Part shown: one piece after another, positions 1 through 9,813 of the stretch
Numbering within the stretch: position 1 is the stretch's first letter
Layout: each line of letters begins with the position of its first letter
Source: an uncultured bacterium
GTDB lineage: Bacteria; Gemmatimonadota; Gemmatimonadetes; Gemmatimonadales; Gemmatimonadaceae
NCBI GenBank assembly: GCA_963978095.1
Contig: CAXBQP010000045.1
Span: 1-27,060, forward strand
DNA length: 27,060 bases
Direction of reading: 5' to 3'
The notes under the pieces: generated by a model
What the model was told of the DNA's origin: nothing
Database searches by the model: none
Seen by the model: only the letters and a program-made list of their open reading frames with translations
Translations under genes and position numbers: made by a program

Positions 1-2916
1 CTGCGTGAGCGGACGCTCGCAGGCCGCACCGGCCCCACGCCCGCCACCTCCGCCACCACCGCCGCCGCCACGGCCACCGCGGCCACCCGCAGCCGCCGGA
101 TCGAAGGCGGGCGGGTTGAGGATCGCCTTGGCACGCGCGATCGCGGCCGTGTCGTACTTGGCCTTGCTCAGCGAATCGAGCACGGCCGGGGCACGGACGG
201 CCTTCAGGATGCTGTCACGACGCTCCGAGGGCGAGAGCGGAGCCGGCGCAGGGGCCGGGCCCGACCGACGGCCCTGGAAGTTCCACGACACGGTGTGCAG
301 ACCGGCCACACCCGGGCCGTTGAGCGTGGCGATCACGTCGCCCGAGCCATCGGCGATCGTGATGCGCGCCTGGCCACCCGCCGCCGCACCGGCGATCCGG
401 TACGAGATGTCGGCCCCGTACGTCGGGCTCGGCGTCTGGAAGAAGGCCTGCGCGTTGCCGTTGCCGCCGGCAGCGAGCGTCGGGGCCTCACCCCACTGGT
501 ACGCGGTGCGCGGCTCGAAGAGGTGCACGTTCGAGGCGAGCACCTTCGGCGTCATCTGCTCGAGCGGGCCGATCGGGGCGATCCAAAACGAACGCCCGTG
601 CGTCGCCGCGATGAGCTCGTGGTCACGCGGATGGATCTTGAGATCGAACACCGGCACCGACGGGAGATTGGCGCCGAACTTCTGCCAGCTCGCCCCACGA
701 TCCACCGAGACGTACGCCGAGAGCGACGACCCGACGAAGAGCAGGTCGCGGTTGTACGGATCCTCGCGGATCACGTGCAGGTAGTCGGCCGGGCTCGTCT
801 TCGGGAGGTTGTTCACGATCGACTTGAAGCTCTTGCCGCCGTCGTTCGTGACGTAGAGGTACGGGGTGAAATCGTTGGACCGATGGCCGTCGAACGCCAC
901 CCAGAAGGTCAGCGTGTCGAAGTGCGAGGTCTCGATGCGGGCGACCCACGTCTCCGCCGGGAGCCCCGGGAACCGCGTGGTGAGGTTCTCCCACGTGGCG
1001 CCGTCGTTCGACGACTTCCAGACGTTGCCGTCGTCGGTGCCGGCGAAGATGAGCCCCGGCTTCACGTACGACTCGCCGAACGCGACGATCGTGCCATACG
1101 TCTCGGCGCCCGTGGCGTCGAGCGTGATGCCGCCGTTCCAGACGATCGACGTGTCGATCTTGGCCTGCTGCTTCTTGGAGAGATCCGGTGAGATGAGGTA
1201 GAGCTCCTCACCGCGCTTGGTGCTCTTCAGGAGGCGATTGCCGCCGAAGTACACGACCGACGGGTTGTGGTGCGAGAGCACCAGCGGCGTGTTCCAGTTG
1301 AAACGGAGCGCCAGGTCGATCGAGTCCTGCTTCTGCTGCGCGCGGAGCGCGGCGAGCGCCTTGGTCTGCTCCTTGGTCTCCGGCTTGAGCGGATCGCCAC
1401 GCACGATCGCGATGGAATCCTCCCACTGCTTGTAGCGCTCCTGCCACGACGGCTTGCGGAAGCTCATCCGCTCGCCCGTCTTGAGGTTCACGCGCGAGGC
1501 GTTGCCGCCCTGGCTCTCACCGTAGATGATGTTCGGGTCGCTCGGATCCTGCGCCGAGTAGAAGCCGTCGCCGCCGGCATAGGTGAACCAGTAGCTGTTG
1601 TTGACCGGGCCCTTCCGCTTGCTCGGGCCGCACCAGGTGCCGTTGTCTTGCGCACCGCCGCAGATGTTGTACGGGGTCGCGTAGTCGTAGGTGACCTCGT
1701 AGAACTGGCCGATCGGGAGCGTGGTGGTCTGAATGAAGTTGCCACCCTTGTCGAAGGTGATTGACACGCCACCATCGTTCGCGATGTACCAGCGCTCCGG
1801 GTCGTTCGGGTCGATCCACAGCCCGTGGTCGTCCACGTGCACGCTCTGCGCGGCGCCGCGGATGGTCTTGCCACCGTCATCGCTGACCATGAGCTGCGTG
1901 CTCGAGAAGTACACGCGATCGGCATTCTTGGGATCGACGCGCACCTGCGAGTAGTAGAACGGACGTACGTTGTAGTTGTTCATCTGCGCCCACGTCTTGC
2001 CACCGTCGGTCGAACGGTAGAGCCCGTTCGCCTTCGGGCTCGTCTGTGGCGTGTAGCTGCCGTCCTTGCTCGGATCGGCGGCTTCCGTCAGCGCGTAGAC
2101 TACATCACCGTTGCTCGGTGCGACGGCGAGACCGATGCGTCCCTTGGTGCCTTCCGGGAAGCCGCCGCCCTTGATCTCCGTCCAGGTCTTGCCGGCGTCG
2201 GTGCTCTTCCAGAGCGCCGATCCCGGTCCGCCGCTCTTGAGCGAATACGGATTACGGAAGCGCTCCCAGCTGGCGGCGTAGACCACGTCCGGGTTGCGCG
2301 GGTCGAGAGCGACGTCGATGAAGCCGGCCTTGTCGCTGATGAACTTGATCAGGTTCCAAGTCTTCCCGCCGTCGGTCGTCTTGTAGAGCCCGCGATCCTT
2401 GCTCGAGGTCCAGGCGGCGCCGAGCGCGGCGACGTAGACCGTGTTCGGATCCTTCGGATGCACCACGATGCGGCCGATGTGTTGCGTCTTCTCGAGCCCG
2501 GTCAGGTTCCAGGTGATGCCGCCGTCGGTCGACTTGTAGACGCCCGCGCCCGGCTCGATGGTGTTGCGCGAATTGGGCTCACCGGTGCCGGCCCACACCT
2601 GCTGGGTGTCGCTCGGCGCGATGGCGAGCATGCCCATCGAGATGATGCGCTTGTCGTCGAACACGGGGCGCCAGGTGAGGCCCGCGTTGGTGCTCTTCCA
2701 GATGCCGCCGGCGGCGGCAGCGACGAAGATCGTCTTGGAGGGGCCGGGGATACCGACGATGTCGGACGTACGGCCTTCGAAGGTGGCGGGACCGACGTTG
2801 CGCCACTTGAGGCCGGCGATCGACGTCGAGTCGAGCCCCTGCGCGACGGCACTGCTCGCGGTCATTGCAACCGCGGCAGCGCCTCCGAGCCATCGAATCA
2901 CAGCGGACTTGTGCAT
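1..2916 (-). CDS. Exported BNR/Asp-box repeat (VPS10/sortilin-like) beta-propeller protein, usually annotated 'glycosyl hydrolase'; 3' end lies beyond the left edge
   Basis: Absent from the ORF track because it has no stop in the window. ATG at 2916 with AGGA upstream. Translation MHKSAVIRWLGGAAAVAMTASSAVA|QGLDSTSIAGLKWRNVGPATFEGRTSDIVG...GGIWKSTNAGLTWRPVFD gives a Sec signal plus the typical WR-x-GP...GR start. Repeated S/T-x-D-G-G-x-T/S-W Asp-boxes. Frame is open to position 1. Confidence 0.9.
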   Translation of the reverse strand, partial: MHKSAVIRWLGGAAAVAMTASSAVAQGLDSTSIAGLKWRNVGPATFEGRTSDIVGIPGPSKTIFVAAAAGGIWKSTNAGLTWRPVFDDKRIISMGMLAIAPSDTQQVWAGTGEPNSRNTIEPGAGVYKSTDGGITWNLTGLEKTQHIGRIVVHPKDPNTVYVAALGAAWTSSKDRGLYKTTDGGKTWNLIKFISDKAGFIDVALDPRNPDVVYAASWERFRNPYSLKSGGPGSALWKSTDAGKTWTEIKGGGFPEGTKGRIGLAVAPSNGDVVYALTEAADPSKDGSYTPQTSPKANGLYRSTDGGKTWAQMNNYNVRPFYYSQVRVDPKNADRVYFSSTQLMVSDDGGKTIRGAAQSVHVDDHGLWIDPNDPERWYIANDGGVSITFDKGGNFIQTTTLPIGQFYEVTYDYATPYNICGGAQDNGTWCGPSKRKGPVNNSYWFTYAGGDGFYSAQDPSDPNIIYGESQGGNASRVNLKTGERMSFRKPSWQERYKQWEDSIAIVRGDPLKPETKEQTKALAALRAQQKQDSIDLALRFNWNTPLVLSHHNPSVVYFGGNRLLKSTKRGEELYLISPDLSKKQQAKIDTSIVWNGGITLDATGAETYGTIVAFGESYVKPGLIFAGTDDGNVWKSSNDGATWENLTTRFPGLPAETWVARIETSHFDTLTFWVAFDGHRSNDFTPYLYVTNDGGKSFKSIVNNLPKTSPADYLHVIREDPYNRDLLFVGSSLSAYVSVDRGASWQKFGANLPSVPVFDLKIHPRDHELIAATHGRSFWIAPIGPLEQMTPKVLASNVHLFEPRTAYQWGEAPTLAAGGNGNAQAFFQTPSPTYGADISYRIAGAAAGGQARITIADGSGDVIATLNGPGVAGLHTVSWNFQGRRSGPAPAPAPLSPSERRDSILKAVRAPAVLDSLSKAKYDTAAIARAKAILNPPAFDPAAAGGRGGRGGGGGGGGGGRGAGAACERPLTQ
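28..87 (-). repeat. Low-complexity GGN-codon tract encoding GGRGGR-G10-RGAG inside the first VPS10-like gene
   Basis: Plus strand shows a run of (g/a)cc triplets; the minus frame reads AAAGGRGGRGGGGGGGGGGRGAGAA. Confidence 0.85.
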
Positions 2917-2960
2917 GGAGTTCCTGCGGATGGGGGTGGAACCGGACACAGACACGATTT

Positions 2961-2995
2961 GCGGTGTCGCACGACCAATCGGCCGGCGACACCGC
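2961..2995. other. Intergenic stem-loop with a perfect 10-bp stem
   Basis: GCGGTGTCGC (2961-2970) pairs with GCGACACCGC (2986-2995), 15-nt loop. No U-tract in the minus (sense) direction. Confidence 0.6.
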
Positions 2996-3090
2996 GATTA
3001 ACAATAGGTGTACGAAGGGGCGCCGGCGAGCGTTGACCGCTCACCGACGCCCCACCGCTCCGGGCAGAATCTTGCAACCTGTTGATTTGC

Positions 3091-4650
3091 TTAGACTTCC
3101 CAGCCCTTTCGATAGTTTCGCGTCAGATATTGGTTCGCGTCCGGGATGTTGGTCACGGTCATGCTCGCGGCGTCATAGACGAGCTTCCTGCCGACCCCCG
3201 TCTTGAGGGCGACGATCCCGAGGCACATGGTCTCGGTCAGGTTGGCTGCATACTCGAACGGCGAACTCGTGCTCCCCTTGCCTTTGGCGGCATTCGCCCA
3301 GTTCACCTCGTGCGAGGTCTCGATACGCACGATCGACTTGGCGACCTTGGTGGCCGCCTGCGCCGCGCTCTCGGGATAGATCTTCGGGTTGTCGCCGTAG
3401 GTCTCATGCATGAGCACCCCTTTGGTTCCCACGAAGAGCACGCCACCGTCGGGGTTCATCTGGACATTGTCCGGCAGCATTGCCGGGCGAGGGGGAAGAA
3501 TGCCCCCGTCATACCAATAGAGGCGGACCGCGGGCTTGTTGCCGCGCGCGGGGAAGTCATAGGTGACGGTGGTCGCCATCGGGTAGGTGCAGGGCTTGGT
3601 CGTCGGGCCCGATGTGGGACGCGGGATGATCGGCTCCGTACCCCACGGGCTCGCACTTGCCTCGATCGCGGTGGGCTGCGTGAGTCCGAGAGCCCAGTAC
3701 GGTTGGTCAATCAGATGCGCCCCCATGTCGCCGAGTGCGCCGACACCGAAGTCGGTCCATCCGCGCCAGTTGAACGGATGGTAGATGGGATGGTAGGGCA
3801 CGTCCTCGGGGACGCCACCGAGGTAGAGATCCCAACGGAGTCCCTCGGGCATGGAATACTGCGCGGTCGCGAGCTGATACGCCGTGACATTGTTGATGGC
3901 GCCCTGCGAGAAGTTCTTGCCGAAGCCCGCGGGAACATTCGCGTTGGGCTGACGCGGCCGGGAGACGGCCTGCGGCCAGTAGCCGACGGGGCGATTCGTC
4001 CAGACGTGGACTTCCTTCACGTCACCCAGCACACCGGCCTGCACCCACTCGACGATGCTTCGCGTGCCGTCGCGCGAATGTCCCTGATTGCCCATCTGCG
4101 TGGCAAGCTTGGGATTGTCCTTGGCCAGCTTGCCGAGCACACGAGCCTCGTGCACCGAATAGGTCAGCGGTTTCTGCACGTAGACGTGCTTCCCCGCCTG
4201 CATCGCCGCCTTGGCGATGATGGCGTGGTTGTGATCAGCGGTGGCGATGATGACGGCGTCGATGTCCTTGGACTTCTCGAGCATCTCGCGAAAATCGGTG
4301 TACTTCTTGGCCTTGTTGAACTGCTCGCGCAACTTGACGCCGGCCGGATTCGGCGAGCCGTCCCGGTTCTTCTCCTTGCTGGCGACGTTGCTCTCGGCGA
4401 AGGCGAGATCGACGTCACAGACGGCGACCATGTTCTCGACCTGCGCGAGCACGTTGGCGTTGCCTGATCCCATGCCGCCGAAACCGACGACGGCGAAGTT
4501 CAGCGTGTCACTGGGTGCTTGGAAGCCGGGACCCCCGAGGACGTGGCGTGGAACGATGGAGGGGAACTGCGGCGCCACGAAGGCGGCGGCGAGCGCCGCC
4601 CGCGTGGTGTTCTCGACGAAATCGCGGCGGGAGACTTTTTTGTCGGCCAT
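3091..4650 (-). CDS. Tat-exported Gfo/Idh/MocA family NAD(P)-dependent oxidoreductase
   Basis: Twin-arginine signal MADKKVSRRDF, then PSIVPRHVLGG. Rossmann motif VGFGGMG, ATADHNH, HVYVQKP, QMGNQGHS, FNWRGW.DFG.GALGDMGAH. ATG 4650 preferred over the track's GTG at 4665. Confidence 0.92.
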   Translation of the reverse strand: MADKKVSRRDFVENTTRAALAAAFVAPQFPSIVPRHVLGGPGFQAPSDTLNFAVVGFGGMGSGNANVLAQVENMVAVCDVDLAFAESNVASKEKNRDGSPNPAGVKLREQFNKAKKYTDFREMLEKSKDIDAVIIATADHNHAIIAKAAMQAGKHVYVQKPLTYSVHEARVLGKLAKDNPKLATQMGNQGHSRDGTRSIVEWVQAGVLGDVKEVHVWTNRPVGYWPQAVSRPRQPNANVPAGFGKNFSQGAINNVTAYQLATAQYSMPEGLRWDLYLGGVPEDVPYHPIYHPFNWRGWTDFGVGALGDMGAHLIDQPYWALGLTQPTAIEASASPWGTEPIIPRPTSGPTTKPCTYPMATTVTYDFPARGNKPAVRLYWYDGGILPPRPAMLPDNVQMNPDGGVLFVGTKGVLMHETYGDNPKIYPESAAQAATKVAKSIVRIETSHEVNWANAAKGKGSTSSPFEYAANLTETMCLGIVALKTGVGRKLVYDAASMTVTNIPDANQYLTRNYRKGWEV

Positions 4651-4704
4651 GGGGCGTCGGTCCACTGGAGGTCAGGAGGTGCGACGAAGCATCCGGTACT
4701 CGAT

Positions 4705-4734
4705 ACTATACGACGAGGGCGCGCGAACCGTCAG
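4705..4734 (-). promoter_or_regulatory. Candidate sigma70-type promoter for the oxidoreductase (CTGACG-N18-TATAGT)
   Basis: Minus strand CTGACG (4734-4729), 18-nt spacer, TATAGT (4710-4705), about 55 nt upstream of the ATG. Confidence 0.4.
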
Positions 4735-4759
4735 GTCGTCCTTTGGTCGGGCGCGGGCC

Positions 4760-7700
4760 CTACGGAACGAAGGATGGCGCGGGTTTGAGCCGGCCGGGAA
4801 ACTGCTTCTCGAATGTGGCCACATCCCCGTCCATGAGGGCCTTGTGCGCGGCCTTCGCCGTTGCGAGCGCCTTCTCGAGCTCGCCGAGCCAGTTCATGCT
4901 CGCGTCGGTGGGCTTGTAGTCCGCCCCACCAGCGACGTCGCCGGCCCCGGTCCCGACTTCGCCGTTGAGCCAGATGAGGCCCATGTAGAGCCCGAACGGC
5001 TCGACGAAATACTTGTCGTCGCTCTCGAGATCGGCCTTGGTGAGCACCTTGAGTTCCACGGCGAGCAGCTTCTTTTCCATGTCGGCCAGTGCGGCCTTGG
5101 CGGCCGCCGGCACGGTATCGGTGGCCAACTGGTCCTCGATGCGCTTGCGCATCATTTCGATTTCGTTCGCGATCGACGCGGACTCGTTCATGGCATCGCG
5201 CACACGCACCTGCGCGGCGAGGCTCGCCGCGAGATCCGCGTCGCTCGATTCCATGATCGGGTCGCGCAGGACCTTCAACGGCTGCTGCATGCGCTGGCCC
5301 GCCGCGGTCAAGCGCACCGTGTAGTCGCCGGGCACCGCGAGAGGTCCTGCGGTCTGCGCCCCCTGGATCCCCCAGTGATCGACGGGCCGCGTCTTCTTTC
5401 CCTTGAAGCGCGGATCGTCCCAGATCCGGGGATTGCTCGGTGCGATGGTACGCATTTCGACCTGCTTGGGGGAGTCGTAACGCAGGTCCCATGTGGCCTG
5501 GTTCAGACCGGCCCGCGCCCAGGTGCGGATGGTCCGCACCACCGAGCCCTTGGCGTCGAGAATCTCGACCGTCAGCGAATCCTTGACGGAATCCACCGGC
5601 GCGGCCTTGAGCTGGTAGCGAATCACCGCGCTGCCGCCGCGCGGCTCGCGGTACGCCGGATGCGGTGCGAAGAGATGCACCGCCGCATCAGCCGCCACGT
5701 TCGCTTTTTGCTCGAGGGTGGTGATGTCGCGCAACACGTAGATGCCGCGGCCGTAGGTCGACACGACGACGTCGTGCGCCTGCTTGGCGACGACGATCCA
5801 CGAGACGGGACTTGCCGGGAGACCATCCTGGAACTGCGTCCAGGTGAGGCCGTCGTCCATCGAATAGTGGAAGGCGTTGCCGGTACCAGCGAACAGCATC
5901 CCCTTCTTGTTGGGATTTTCGGCGACGCTCATCACGTAGCCCAGCGGACCCTTGTTCGGAAGTCCACCGCTGATGCGCGTCCACGTCGCACCGAAATCCG
6001 TGGTCTTGTAGAGGTACGGGGTGCGGTCGTCCATCATGTGCAGGTCGATGGCGGCGTACGCCGTGCCCGGATCGAAGTGCGAGGGCTCGATCTTGCGCAC
6101 GGTGCCGAGCGGAGGAAGTCCGGGCATGTTCTTGGACACGTTCGTCCACTTGCCGCCGCCGTCGCGGGTCACCCAGAGCTGGCCGTCGTTGGTGCCCGCC
6201 CAGATCAGATTGCGCTGGATCTCGCTCGGCGCGATCGCGAACACGAGCGAGCCATAGAACTGGCCGAGGTTGTCGCCGATCAAACCGCCGGACGGCACGA
6301 CATAGCGCGGATCGTTGAGGGACAGATCCGGACTGATGACGCTCCAGCTCTGGCCGGCCGTTGTCGTCTTGAAAATGACTTGGCAGCCGTAGTAGACCGT
6401 GTTGTGGTCGAACGGATCGATGGCGAGCGGCGGGGTCCAGTGGCAGCGGTACTTGCTCGCGTTGGGCGGCGAATCGAGCGTGTGTTGCCAGGGGCTCACC
6501 GAGCGCGCGAGTTTCGTCTTGGCGTCGTAGCGCGTCACGGTGTTGCCGTAGCAGGTGGCCCAGACGATATCCGGATTCGTGACGTCCGGCAGGACGAACC
6601 CGGACTCACAGCCTCCGATGCCGTGGTCCCACGTGGTGAACCCACCCCCGAATCCGCCGCGGCCACCACCACCGCCGCCGAACACCGAGTTCGCGGCGCG
6701 GCCGCCCGTTGCGGGTGGTGCCTCGGGCGCGTTGCTCGGCCCACGCATCGTGGTGTTGTCCTGCCGGTTGCCATAGACCCAGTACGGCGCCTGTTGGTCG
6801 ATGGCCACGTGGTACATCTGCGCCACCGGTAGCGTCGCCTGGATCCAACTGCGGCCATGATCGCTGGTGAAGCGCGCATTCAAGTCATTGGTGAGCCCGA
6901 AATGATCCGCGTTCTTGGGATCCCACCAGATGTCGTGATTGTCCCCACCCCAGTTGGTGGTCAGAAAGTTCAAACCGCCATCGGTCGATCGGAAAAAACT
7001 GCTGTTCGCGATCAAGACCTCGTTGGGATCGGTCGGCGACACCATGATCTTGATGTAGTAGCCGGCACGTCCGATGAGGGGGCGGGCCCAGCTCACCACC
7101 TTCCAGGTGACGCCGCCATCGTCGGAGCGCCACACCGAACCTTGGCCGTCGGTCTGGATCAGCGCGTAGACGCGCTTGGAATCCGACGGAGCAACGGCGA
7201 CATCGATCTTCCCGACGGGTGACTTGGGAAGGCCGGTATGCACCACCTTGGTCCAGGTCACGCCCGCATCATGCGTGACGTAGATCGCGCTCGACGGGCC
7301 ACCGCTCGTCATCGAGTACGTCTTCATCACGACCTGCCACATGCCGGCGAAGAGCGTATTGGGGTCCTTCTGGTCCAGCGAGAGTCCCGAGCAGCCGGTG
7401 TCGTCGTTGACGTGCAGCGCCAACTTCCACGTCTTGCCGCCGTCGTCCGTGCGATACACCCCGCGCTCCGCCTGCGGCCCAGTCGCGCGGCCCAGCGCGC
7501 AGACATAGACCACATTCGGATTCGTGGGATGCACGATCACGCGACCGATGCGCCCCACCTCGGCGAGCCCCATGTTCGTCCACGTCGTACCAGCGTCAGT
7601 TGACTTGTAGATGCCGTCGCCTACGACGTCCGCGTCTCGGATCGCCCACGCTTCGCCCGTGCCGGCCCACACCTGATTCGGGTCGCTTGGCGCGACCGCG

Positions 7701-7999
7701 AGCGCGCCGATGGCTTGCGCGCTCTGCTTGTCGAAAATCGGTGTGAAGGTGTTGCCATCGTCCGTACTCTTCCACACGCCGCCCGAGGCGCCTCCGACGT
7801 ACCAGGTGCGCAGATCGCCCGGTACACCCGTTACGGCGGAGACACGCCCGCCCGCGGAGGGACCGAGGAGCTGGAACTGCAGTGGGGGCGGTGGCGGCGC
7901 TTGGCCACGGCCGCCGCGGCCCTGTGCGGTGAGCGGGGAGGCCGCGACGAGAGAGCAGAGCAGGAGCCGGCGGGCGACGTTCAGGTGCATTCCGCGCAT
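4760..7999 (-). CDS. Exported BNR/Asp-box repeat (VPS10/sortilin-like) beta-propeller protein, 1079 aa
   Basis: Signal peptide ending SPLTA|QG, then FQLLGPSAGGRVSAV. Many Asp-boxes (KSTDDGNTF, KSTDAGTTW, RTDDGGKTW, RSDDGGVTW). GDNHDIW, QMYHV, GNRQDN and GGCESG motifs. C-terminal Ig-like region (AGLNQATWDLR...PGDYTVRL) and helical tail. GAGG 7 nt before ATG. Confidence 0.92.
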   Translation of the reverse strand: MRGMHLNVARRLLLCSLVAASPLTAQGRGGRGQAPPPPPLQFQLLGPSAGGRVSAVTGVPGDLRTWYVGGASGGVWKSTDDGNTFTPIFDKQSAQAIGALAVAPSDPNQVWAGTGEAWAIRDADVVGDGIYKSTDAGTTWTNMGLAEVGRIGRVIVHPTNPNVVYVCALGRATGPQAERGVYRTDDGGKTWKLALHVNDDTGCSGLSLDQKDPNTLFAGMWQVVMKTYSMTSGGPSSAIYVTHDAGVTWTKVVHTGLPKSPVGKIDVAVAPSDSKRVYALIQTDGQGSVWRSDDGGVTWKVVSWARPLIGRAGYYIKIMVSPTDPNEVLIANSSFFRSTDGGLNFLTTNWGGDNHDIWWDPKNADHFGLTNDLNARFTSDHGRSWIQATLPVAQMYHVAIDQQAPYWVYGNRQDNTTMRGPSNAPEAPPATGGRAANSVFGGGGGGRGGFGGGFTTWDHGIGGCESGFVLPDVTNPDIVWATCYGNTVTRYDAKTKLARSVSPWQHTLDSPPNASKYRCHWTPPLAIDPFDHNTVYYGCQVIFKTTTAGQSWSVISPDLSLNDPRYVVPSGGLIGDNLGQFYGSLVFAIAPSEIQRNLIWAGTNDGQLWVTRDGGGKWTNVSKNMPGLPPLGTVRKIEPSHFDPGTAYAAIDLHMMDDRTPYLYKTTDFGATWTRISGGLPNKGPLGYVMSVAENPNKKGMLFAGTGNAFHYSMDDGLTWTQFQDGLPASPVSWIVVAKQAHDVVVSTYGRGIYVLRDITTLEQKANVAADAAVHLFAPHPAYREPRGGSAVIRYQLKAAPVDSVKDSLTVEILDAKGSVVRTIRTWARAGLNQATWDLRYDSPKQVEMRTIAPSNPRIWDDPRFKGKKTRPVDHWGIQGAQTAGPLAVPGDYTVRLTAAGQRMQQPLKVLRDPIMESSDADLAASLAAQVRVRDAMNESASIANEIEMMRKRIEDQLATDTVPAAAKAALADMEKKLLAVELKVLTKADLESDDKYFVEPFGLYMGLIWLNGEVGTGAGDVAGGADYKPTDASMNWLGELEKALATAKAAHKALMDGDVATFEKQFPGRLKPAPSFVP

Positions 8000-8103
8000 G
8001 CGAATGCCTCAGTTCGATGGAATGTCAGAGTGCGACGGCGGTGCGAAAACGGAATCGGATGGCGCCCGCCTCGGGAAAAAATGTCACCGTGTGAGGCTCG
8101 GGG

Positions 8104-9813
8104 CTAGGCGACATGGGACGGCTCGATGCGCTCGAAGGCCCGGCCGAGAGCGGCCACGAGCAGCCAGAGCTCGCCACCGACCACCACCGATGCCGAGCAG
8201 AGGCCGGCCACGAGCGCCCCCAGCTGCTGCGCCCCCGCGCCAACGTAGACCCCCACTCCGATGGCCGTGGGCAGAATGAGGAGGACCAGGAGCGCCACCG
8301 CCACGGCAACGAAGGTCAGGATGCCGAGGCCCATGCTCTCAACGCCGCCGGTCCCTCCCGAGCCCAGCCGCACCCATGACGGAAAGAGCAGCACCATGGC
8401 GTTGTGCATTGCAAAGTTGGCGGAGTTGAGTGCGACCAGCACCACGGGCGACGCGGCCGCCAGCCCGCTGACCACCCACCGTGGCGCCGCCTCGCCGCTC
8501 CCGATGTTGTTGTTCGCGATCACGGCCGCGACCACCAGCAGCGTGTGTCCGACGGCCACCGGAAGCGCGCCCGCCAGGATCTGCGCCATCACAATCTGAC
8601 CGCCGCCAAGCGGCAGCGTTTTCAGCATGGGTAGCTGCAAGAGATCCGTGCGCAAATCATTGCGTGTGAACATCGGAGCGAAGAAGGCGAGCGCCAGCGC
8701 GATCATCGGCACGACGAGGAGCAGGAACTGTTCGGTGACCTCAGAACGTCCCGCACAGGCCAGCGCGATGCCGATCGCCAGCGCGCCCGGCGCGACGAGC
8801 GTCCGGAGCCCACCGCTCCTCGTCAGGGACAGGACATTCTTCCACAGGATGGCGACCCACGGGCTGCCCTGGGGAGTGAGCGGGATGGTCCGGCCGGCAC
8901 GCCCGGTCGCGCGGTACGCGGGCTCTCCCGCGAGACGAGAACGCCGTGCCGCCATTTTCCGCGCGTGGATGGCCGACGCTTCCGCTGCCGATTCCTCGAA
9001 GGCGTGGTCCGCCCGCACCACCCAGAACAGGTTCACGCCGAGAACAGCAAGCGCACCGGGCAGGGCGGTCAGCCACTGCACGGTCGTCCCGGCGAACGCG
9101 AGTTCGATGGTCGCTCGAATGGGCCAGAGCGCCGTGCGCACTGGTCCCGTCTGCAGCGCTTGCACCAGACCATGCAGTCCGGCCCGTGCGTCCGGCTCCG
9201 CCCACGCCGCAATCACCGGCTGCCAGACGCCCCAGATGGTCACACCCGCGATCGTGCCCAGGACCGCGATCGGCAACGCCTGTCGGCGCACCCCACGCCA
9301 GCCGTGCGAAGTGGATGCGGCGTGCCCCAGCGCCACGCCGAGACGATGCAGGTTGAGCGTCGACAGGAAGACCCAGAAGCCGGCGACGCGCAATGGCGGC
9401 GACAAGGTCTCTGCCCCCTTATGGAACAGGGCAACCCAGAGCGTTGCGGTCAGCAACACTTGAACTTGGCCCCGCGCGAGCTTGAACCCGAGAATCTGCC
9501 GACGGGTGACAGGCGCCGGAAAGAGGAATGAGACCTCGGCGGGCGTGAAGGCCAGCGCCGACTTGTCAGCGCCGAGGAGCCAGATCCACGCGAGATAGCC
9601 CAGGATCACCAGAGGCACGAAGGCGCCGATCTCGGGCGAAAACACCGGTGCGCCCGCACGCGCACCCGCGCCACGACGGAAATACACGAACCAGAAATAG
9701 GCCAACCCGCACACTGCGGCCATGGCGTATACCGGTTGCCGCAATCGACGCACTTGAGCGGCAAGCCGGTTGCGGGTGCTCGTCCGAATGAGGTAGGCGA
9801 AGGCGTGCGTCAC
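8104..9813 (-). CDS. Multi-pass membrane protein of the 'putative ABC exporter' type (permease partner)
   Basis: About 12 hydrophobic segments. Motif FTPAEVSFLFPAPVTRRQIL and a second LKTLPL motif, as in duplicated ABC-2-like permeases. GTG start overlaps the ATPase stop (GTGA 9810-9813). Confidence 0.8.
   Translation of the reverse strand: MTHAFAYLIRTSTRNRLAAQVRRLRQPVYAMAAVCGLAYFWFVYFRRGAGARAGAPVFSPEIGAFVPLVILGYLAWIWLLGADKSALAFTPAEVSFLFPAPVTRRQILGFKLARGQVQVLLTATLWVALFHKGAETLSPPLRVAGFWVFLSTLNLHRLGVALGHAASTSHGWRGVRRQALPIAVLGTIAGVTIWGVWQPVIAAWAEPDARAGLHGLVQALQTGPVRTALWPIRATIELAFAGTTVQWLTALPGALAVLGVNLFWVVRADHAFEESAAEASAIHARKMAARRSRLAGEPAYRATGRAGRTIPLTPQGSPWVAILWKNVLSLTRSGGLRTLVAPGALAIGIALACAGRSEVTEQFLLLVVPMIALALAFFAPMFTRNDLRTDLLQLPMLKTLPLGGGQIVMAQILAGALPVAVGHTLLVVAAVIANNNIGSGEAAPRWVVSGLAAASPVVLVALNSANFAMHNAMVLLFPSWVRLGSGGTGGVESMGLGILTFVAVAVALLVLLILPTAIGVGVYVGAGAQQLGALVAGLCSASVVVGGELWLLVAALGRAFERIEPSHVA

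Noticed and set aside
5..784. Plus-strand ORF with a poly-proline run
   Set aside because: It is the antisense shadow of the poly-Gly tract and body of the minus-strand VPS10-like gene.
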